In this document: positions 1-6,891 of the stretch, piece by piece
How positions within the stretch are numbered: position 1 is the first letter of the stretch
Layout: each line of letters starts with the position of its first letter
Origin: Yuukianura sp. NJ FZ-2021
Lineage: Eukaryota
Assembly: GCA_046563655.1 (NCBI GenBank)
Contig: CM102287.1
Coordinates: 1,302,001 to 1,366,000 of the forward strand
DNA length: 64,000 nt
Direction of reading: 5' to 3'
The notes under the pieces: generated by a model
What the model was told of the DNA's origin: nothing
Database searches by the model: none
The model's input: only the letters and a program-made list of their open reading frames with translations
Translations under genes and position numbers: made by a program

Positions 1-681
1 CCCACAGCGGCTGGACTGTTCAGTGGACAATTTGAAAACAAAGAGAGAAGCCAGTGTTTGTTCTGTGAGAAGCAGCATCCCTCTAAAGAGTGCTTCAAGG
101 CACAGAAGATGACATTAGAAGACAGAAAGGAAGTCATCAAGAAGAAGGGTGTTTGTTTTTCGTGTTTAAAAGGCGGACATAGGGCTAATAAGTGTCGTAG
201 TACTCCTCAGTGCCTTGTCTGCGGTAAGAAGCATTTGGTTCTACTCTGCCCCCAGATCTCATCGTCATCCAAAGGTTCCAGTGATGGAAAAGACAAAGAT
301 GATGGGAAGAAAAATCAGACTGTGCTCTCAAGTCTCAACTGTACCAGCGAAGTCGTACTCCAGACGCTGATCGTGCAGTTGGAGAATCCAGTGAGCCATA
401 AGAAGAAGAACGTTCGTGTTCTACTCGACTGCGGGAGTCAGAAGTCATACATCCTAGATTGTACGGCCAAGGAGCTGGATCTGGATCAGAAGGACACCGT
501 GGTCATGAATCATTCATTGTTTGGAGGGACAAATGTCGTAGGGAATAAGCATTCAATCTACAAGGTTCTAATCGGCAGTGTTTATTCTAAGTTTTCAGTT
601 CGTCTCCTTCTCCTGGACCAGCATCAGATCTGCGGAGCAATTCCGAGAATTACGCCTGGCCCATGGATGAAGATGCTCAGA
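1..681 (+). CDS. BEL/Pao polyprotein, N-terminal part: gag zinc knuckles and aspartic protease (open from the window start, cut by the insertion)
   Basis: Frame is open from position 1. Motifs CLFCEKQHPSKEC, CFSCLKGGHRANKC, CLVCGKKHLVLLC, VVLQTL and VLLDCGSQKSYI. Removing 682-6891 rejoins it in frame as ...PWMKMLR|DRGIVLNDFDPK. Confidence 0.92.
676..681 (+). repeat. 6-bp target-site duplication, left copy (CTCAGA)
   Basis: Identical to 6886-6891 and directly abuts the TIR. Confidence 0.95.
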
Positions 682-1825
682 AGCTATACTGAGTGGTAGA
701 GAAATTGTCGTGTTTTCAAAATGGCCGCCGTCCTTATCAGCTATTGCATCTGCATAAGACGTTTTTTGCTCATGCGCAAAAAACGTTTTTTTGCGCATGA
801 CGTCATCACCCCCCCACTTCCGCACCCCCCATACCCCCCACTATATATCCCTCCCCCCTATATCCCCCCCCCCTCACGTGACCCCGCCCCACATACAAAA
901 AAAAATACAACTGAAAATTTTGGCAACAATGGAAATTTGACAACAATGTATTTTTTTGAAATTTTTAAAGTAAAAAATATTTTGAAAAAAAATATTTTTT
1001 TTTTAAATTTTAAAATTGAAAAAAAAAAATTAAATTAAAAATTCAAATTTCTAAAAAACAAAAGTTCCCCAGATTACCCCAACCCCAAATTTCAAGGTCA
1101 CGCCAATTTTTTCAAGGTCATGCGCGCCCTTTGCATTGGCATATGCATTTGTTTAAGGTCATGCGCGCCCATTTGCAATTTCATGTAAATTGTTCAAGGT
1201 CATTTCAATTTTTTTCAACGTCAGGAGAGCATTTTGAAATTACAAAGTCCCGGGAACCCTTTGCTGGGATCCCGGGACAAAGATCAAGTATGGTGCATGG
1301 GCGGTACATTCGGCTGGTCAGAGGATTAGTGGGGTGCCACTCGGCCACTGCCAAAACAGACCGCAAACCACTTCCGGTTTGCCTGCCAAAGCAAACCGCA
1401 AACCACTTCCGGTCAACTTGCCCGTGCACATGCACGTACAAATCCACTTGAATTTTCACTTGGTTTGCAAAACAACGTCAAGGTCAAAGGTCAAACCGAG
1501 TGACGCGTCAGTGCTAGACGCGTCACAATAGGTCTAATAGACTTGTCACTACGCTCGGGTGCGTGGCTAGCCGCCGGACTCTTGAGCCAATCAGCCTTGA
1601 GCATTTCAAAAGTGGGCGTGGCTCGAGGAAATGGAGACATTTGATTGGTCGAGACTTGCCGCTACACTGGGGGGTGTGGCCAACTCTGGCCAATGTGCGT
1701 TTACCATTTCAAAAAGGGGAGTGGCCTCAGAAAATGGAGACATTTGATTGGTCGACAACACGCGAGCGCACAATATAGTATTGCCATTTCCTGCTTAAAC
1801 TCAAACAAGTCGCCCGGGCGGACTG
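682..1825 (+). repeat. Left terminal inverted repeat (~1.14 kb)
   Basis: Reverse complement of 5713-6885. Near-continuous match to about 1757, a short divergent block, then a match to 1825 (cctgcttaaactca...gtcgcccgggcggactg). Mirrored ORFs in the track (1563+/5997-, 1459-/6101+) confirm it. Confidence 0.95.
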
Positions 1826-1948
1826 TTTATACACAAAATGGTCATGCTTACTTGTCGGTGGTTACATTGCGACTGTCCCATCTCCACCCCTTGCCACGCG
1901 ACCCCTGCAGTTTTTGCAGTTTTTTACGGTGACGTCATCGGCTGTGCC

Positions 1949-1985
1949 TATATAAGGCCGTGACGTTGCCACAAGCGGCTCAGTG
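1949..1985 (+). promoter_or_regulatory. TATA box (TATATAAG) and TCAGT initiator upstream of the minor capsid gene
   Basis: TATATAA at 1949 and TCAGT at 1980, about 31 bp apart, which is canonical spacing. TGACGTCA lies at 1930-1937. Confidence 0.65.
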
Positions 1986-2076
1986 TTTCACTAGCTTCTG
2001 CATCGGTAACATTACCTTCTCCTACAAAAGTTTAAGTGAAAGTGTTAATTTGTTATTGTTCAAATCGTCGTCAGCA

Positions 2077-3147
2077 ATGGCCGTCGTTGTTAAACCCAGT
2101 TCGCGATACATTATCGTGGATAGTGCTTTAAACAGCAGGTTTTACCCAGAAAATAAACCAAACGAGTTTCGTGCCAATTTGGATCCTGTGCTTGATGGCT
2201 GGAAGCAACCACTGGAGGTTGCCATTTCTGGAATGCACTACACTCCAGCACCCAAAACCCAACGTAACATTTTTGGCCACAGTGAGGGTGACAATGTCAT
2301 AAACGTAACCGAGCACTTGGAGGCGACGGTTACAATCTCAAAAATCGATGGAATAATAAAGTTTTTCGGTCATGTCAACAAGGAATTGAAAAAATTTGAC
2401 CGAAAAATTGTCATATCATACACAAACAAGGTCTTTTCACTTACCAACGACGAAAAGGACCACGTGGTTACCATGACGGCCGAGTATGCTCGAGCCTTTG
2501 GCTTTGATACCAACACGTTCCCAAATGGAGTGACGCATGGCCATGAATATTCCGAAGCTGTTTTTGACGCAATTGATCCAACAATTAACATGACGCTCCA
2601 CATTTTCCAAGACAAGGGCAACTTGGCAACCGTGGTGGAACCAAAAGAAAAGACGGTGGAAGGCCTGATTCAGGCCATGAACGCCGCCTTGGCTCCATTT
2701 CAAATTACATTCAAGTACTCTGAGGATGAGGCTGTACTCAAATACACCCGAGAATCTACACCCAATTACATTACGACCCTCTCGCCACTTTTGGACAAAA
2801 TATTTGGACTGCCAATGGGAGCCGCATTCAAGGGATTTAGCCAAACGAATCCAGCCAAGGCCGAAATTGATCTCGAAGTGACGTCAAAACATCTCCTTGT
2901 CGTGTGCGATCTTGCGGAATATACCCAGTTTGGAGACAAGGTGCTGCCGTTGATTGGAATATTCCCACAAGGCGATCAGGATGGCAAACCAGTCGACTTG
3001 AAAGTCAATGTACCGCGTTATTTTGCGGTAAAAGGACAGTCGATGATCAATTCCATTTACGTTCAACTTTTGGACGAAAACCTGGCACCAATTCCTGAAG
3101 CACACAGCGCAACCCAACTTGTTCTTCACGTCAGAAAAGCCGCCTAA
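2077..3147 (+). CDS. Polinton/adintovirus-like minor capsid protein (penton), ~356 aa from ATG 2077
   Basis: N-terminus YIIVDSALNSRFYPENKPNEFRANL...LEVAISGMHY and C-terminus HLLVVCDLAEYTQFGDKVLPLI...PRYFAV...INSIYVQLLDENLAPIP...LVLHVRK match the Polinton minor capsid pattern as recalled. The track's GTG start at 1960 lies upstream of the Inr. Confidence 0.8.
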   Translation: MAVVVKPSSRYIIVDSALNSRFYPENKPNEFRANLDPVLDGWKQPLEVAISGMHYTPAPKTQRNIFGHSEGDNVINVTEHLEATVTISKIDGIIKFFGHVNKELKKFDRKIVISYTNKVFSLTNDEKDHVVTMTAEYARAFGFDTNTFPNGVTHGHEYSEAVFDAIDPTINMTLHIFQDKGNLATVVEPKEKTVEGLIQAMNAALAPFQITFKYSEDEAVLKYTRESTPNYITTLSPLLDKIFGLPMGAAFKGFSQTNPAKAEIDLEVTSKHLLVVCDLAEYTQFGDKVLPLIGIFPQGDQDGKPVDLKVNVPRYFAVKGQSMINSIYVQLLDENLAPIPEAHSATQLVLHVRKAA

Positions 3148-3164
3148 ATTCTTCAAAAATCAGT

Positions 3165-3199
3165 TATAAAAGGTCACAAAAGGCAAAATCTGATCAGTT
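3165..3199 (+). promoter_or_regulatory. TATA box (TATAAAAG) and TCAGTT initiator for the small basic ORF
   Basis: TATAAAA at 3165 and TCAGTT at 3194, 29 bp apart. Confidence 0.65.
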
Positions 3200-3334
3200 G
3201 ACGTCTGACTTTCGACCAAGCAACACGAAAACAGTGCAAAAACAGTGTAAAATTTACACCAAAACCCTTAAAAACGTCGTGAGTATCAGCTTTGTGCTCG
3301 TTAAAGCAACATCTCGTGCGTTCTTTGTGTGAAA

Positions 3335-3742
3335 ATGGAACTTGGCGAACCAGAAAACTCTGATTTTAGCAACAATAGTGGCAGTTTGACTCCAGAAAAT
3401 GGCGAAAACAAGTGCGACAATGCAAGTTTAGCCACAAAAACGATATCATCAACTGCTATTGCTCAAAAAATGTCCGCGGAATTGCCCAAAAAGAGGGCAA
3501 GAAAGCGCTCACAGCCCAAAAAAGTGTCAGATTTGAAGCAAAATTTACCCAAAAATGGGTCCAGCAGTACAGATTCAGACGAAAATCTTTGCAACAATTG
3601 CAGAAAAATGCAAATTTCTAAAGACAATAGCAGAAAACCAGAGAAATCTGCCAAAAGTGGGCGAAAAAGGCGTAAAATTGTTGCAAAATTGCAAAATTTG
3701 GCGCAAAAGGCTGTAAAAGGGAGCCTATTTCAGAACAATTAG
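3335..3742 (+). CDS. Small Lys/Arg/Ser-rich protein (135 aa) of unknown function, with NLS-like basic clusters
   Basis: AAAATGG start context downstream of a TATA/Inr pair. Contains PKKRARKRSQPKK and GRKRRK. Lies between the two capsid genes. Confidence 0.55.
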   Translation: MELGEPENSDFSNNSGSLTPENGENKCDNASLATKTISSTAIAQKMSAELPKKRARKRSQPKKVSDLKQNLPKNGSSSTDSDENLCNNCRKMQISKDNSRKPEKSAKSGRKRRKIVAKLQNLAQKAVKGSLFQNN

Positions 3743-3887
3743 TCAGTCTGCGTTTGCATTTCGACGAGTAAACACGTGTCTAGTGCTCAGTGCTACCCCA
3801 AAATTTACACGTTAACCCTTGAAAATAGTGCCCAGTCGTCATTTGGAAACCGTCAGAGCAACATCTTGTGCGTGTTTTTGTGCTAAA

Positions 3888-5200
3888 ATGGAGGTTAATG
3901 TGCCAGTGAATTCGAAATTGGTCACCTCAAGTGCCAAATTCGACTTGTTTCAAAGCCAACCACGGATGTGTCGTTCATTTTGGGCAATTATCTAGTAGTG
4001 AAACCCTTTTCACCAGCGACAGACCCTAATCCAATCTACTTTCGAGTGGAACAGCCAGCGCATGGTTACTTGGACCTGTCCGATTCTTTTTTAAAACTAG
4101 TGTTTTCAATTAAAAAAAGTGATGGAACTCCACTCACCGATGCAGACCAAATTGCGCCTGAAAATTTATTTTTTCATGCGTTCATTGAGGATTTCAAAGT
4201 TTTGGTCAACAATTGCCAAGTAGTTGCTCAAGGATACCGAGCATACTCGTATGAAGCCTGGATGCTCACTCAACTCTTTAACGGCATTGGAACCAAATGC
4301 AGCACATTGTCAAAAGTGGGTTATTATGCCGGAGATGTCATGGACACCTACGACGACACAAACCCGAGTTACAAGGCGCGATTAAACTTGGCAAAAAATA
4401 GTCAAACGTTTGAAATGATTGGGCGCCCGTTTGTCGGCCTATTTACGACCAAAAAGTTATTCCCGCACAACACTCAATTCTATTTTGAAATTAAAAAGAG
4501 CGATGCATCCTTTTGCTTGCGAGGACCGGCCACTACCACCAAATACAAAATTACAGTGGAATCGGCCGAGTATTATATTCGCCAAGTGAATCCCAGCGAA
4601 AAAATAGTGACTCAGATCCGGCAAGGGTTTGCAAAAAACAAAGTGGCCAACTATTCATACGATCAGGCCCACATGCGTTTAGAATATGTGTCGAAAAATC
4701 TCAGTTCGGTTGACTTAACAAATGCCTACCACAGTACTATGCACCCAAAACTTCTTTTAGTTGGCATTTTGGAACTAGAAGTTTACGAAGGGAAAAAAGT
4801 TGAAAAGTCACCATTCAACTTTAAACCCCACGGTGTTAGCCGTCTGTTGCTAAAATTTGAGCAAAAGCCCTTGGTCTATCAAGAAATGATTTTCAAAGAC
4901 AAAAATTACATGCTTGCCTATCACAATTTGTGCAAGTTGGTTTCTCGTCAGACTGAAGGAAATGACATTTCCTACGACAAGTTTGTAAACGGAAATGCAA
5001 TCTTTGCATTTGACGTCCAGGATTTGTGGACTGACGGATACAATGCGACCAGATCTGGACAATACGGATTGGAAATTGATTTTGAAACCCCGACGACAAA
5101 GGATTTGGTGATTCTCATCGTCGGAATCGAAGACGAAACTTTACAAATTGATGGAAATAGAATTACTGGACTTGCATCCAACAAAAAAATATTCTTTTAA
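3888..5200 (+). CDS. Polinton/adintovirus-like major capsid protein (double jelly-roll, hexon-like), ~437 aa with a 1-nt frameshift near 3960
   Basis: Motifs FDLF..PT, GYLDLSDSFLKL, APENLFFHAF..F.V.VN, YSYEAW, SPFNFKP and GNAIFAFDV fit the Polinton MCP (PY) pattern as recalled. The N-terminus MEVNVP...KFDLFQSQP from ATG 3888 is in a different frame from ORF 3968-5200. Confidence 0.85.
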
Positions 5201-5273
5201 AAATAACTTTATTTTTAACCTTCATTAGCCCTGTCTCAACTCTTTTTTGTTGTATACTTTTCAAAATTTGAAA

Positions 5274-5415
5274 AATAAACTAATCTCCTCATTGAAAAAA
5301 AACATGATGTCTTTTATAAATAAAAGTAGAAAAAAATGAAAAAAAAAAAACAAAACAAAAAAAAAAACAGAAATTAAAAAAAAAACGAAAAAAAGGACAA
5401 AAAAGAAACCAAAAA
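5274..5415 (+). other. Putative polyadenylation signals (AATAAA at about 5274 and 5318) and an A-rich tract after the major capsid gene
   Basis: Direct motif reading. Confidence 0.45.
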
Positions 5416-5712
5416 CTGCATTCATGTTTTTGGTTTTCCATCAAGTTGTTGGTGTTGGCACAAATTGCCGATTATGTTTTATACGGTTATTCAAAGTCAG
5501 GTTCATGCCGTACGTTTTTCTGATAAGACGTTTCCGTTATTTAATTCAACATAGTTGTGTAAGCGTAAGCTTGCGGGCATACCAGTGACAAACGCCAAGC
5601 CTGCGTTTGTATTGTTCCGTAAATGCGTGAGCTACATAAAAATTATTTGGAGGCAGATTGAATCGAACTCACGGCCCCTACCATAAGATGTAATCGAAAT
5701 GGACGCTATGAC

Positions 5713-6885
5713 CAGTCCGCCCGGGCGACTTGTCTGAGTTTAAGCAGGAAATGACAACACTATGGCTTGAGGGCGGGCCCAATGTGTGGCAATGGCAAGT
5801 TTTGTCGACCAATCAAATGTCTCCATTTTCTGAGGCCACTCCCCTTTTTGAAATGGTAAACGCACATTGGCCAGAGTTGGCCACACCCCCCAGTGTAGCG
5901 GCAAGTCTCGACCAATCAAATGTCTCCATTTCCTCGAGCCACGCCCACTTTTGAAATGCTCAAGGCTGATTGGCTCAAGAGTCCGGCGGCTAGCCACGCA
6001 CCCGAGCGTAGTGACAAGTCTATTAGACCTATTGTGACGCGTCTAGCACTGACGCGTCACTCGGTTTGACCTTTGACCTTGACGTTGTTTTGCAAACCAA
6101 GTGAAAATTCAAGTGGATTTGTACGTGCATGTGCACGGGCAAGTTGACCGGAAGTGGTTTGCGGTTTGCTTTGGCAGGCTAACCGGAAGTGGTTTGCGGT
6201 TTGTTTTGGCAGTGGCCGAGTGGCACCCCACTAATCCTCTGACCAGCCGAATGTACCGCCCATGCACCATACTTGATCTTCTTGGTCCCGGGATCCCAGA
6301 AAAGGGCTCCCGGGACATTTCAATTTCAAAATGCTCGCTTGACTTTGAAAAAAAATTGAAATGACCTTGAACAATTTACATGAAATTGCAAATGGGCGCG
6401 CATGACCTGACGCAAATTCATATGCCAATGCAAAGGGCACGCGCGACCTTGAAAAATTCGGCGTGACCTAGAAATTTGGGGTTGGGGTAATCTGGGGAAC
6501 TTTTGTTTTTTAGAAATTTGAATTTTTAATTTATTTTTTTTTTAATTTTAAAATTTTAAAAAAAAATATTTTTTCTCAAAATATTTTTCACTTTAAAAAT
6601 TTCAACAAATACATTGTTGTCAAATTTCCATTGCCAAAATTTTCATTGTTGTATTTTTTTTTTATGGGGGGCGGGGCCACGTGGGGGGGGGTGGATATAG
6701 GGGGGGGAGGGATATAGAGTGGGGTGGGGGGTGGGGGGTGCGGAAGTGGGGGGGGGGGGTGATGACGTCATGCGCAAAAAAACGTTTTTGCGCATGAGCA
6801 AAAAACGTCTTATGCAGATGCAATTGCTGATAAGGACGGCGGCCATTTTGAAAACACGACAATTTCTCTACCACTCAGTATAGCT
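5713..6885 (-). repeat. Right terminal inverted repeat (~1.17 kb)
   Basis: Reverse complement of 682-1825. Confidence 0.95.
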
Positions 6886-6891
6886 CTCAGA
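6886..6891 (+). repeat. 6-bp target-site duplication, right copy (CTCAGA)
   Basis: Identical to 676-681. Confidence 0.95.

Larger units (their letters stand above)
682..6885. mobile_element. Non-autonomous Polinton/Maverick-like element encoding only capsid-type proteins
   Basis: Termini 5'-AGCTATACTGAGTGG...CCACTCAGTATAGCT-3'. CTCAGA is duplicated at 676-681 and 6886-6891. TIRs are ~1.15 kb. Internal ORFs resemble Polinton minor and major capsid proteins. Confidence 0.9.

Noticed and set aside
721..1932. Short ORFs inside the left TIR and their mirror images at 5730-6874
   Set aside because: They are low-complexity or motif-rich non-coding sequence, and the frames break differently in the two TIRs.
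1960..2076. GTG-initiated N-terminal extension of the minor capsid ORF
   Set aside because: It begins between the TATA box and the Inr, and family-like sequence starts only after ATG 2077.
5638..5735. Functional tRNA gene
   Set aside because: No cloverleaf can be built and the T-stem does not pair. Kept only as a speculative Pol III-like finding.
682..6885. Ordinary cut-and-paste DNA transposon or foldback element
   Set aside because: There is no transposase-like ORF, and the 6-bp TSD, AG...CT ends and capsid-like genes point to the Polinton lineage.
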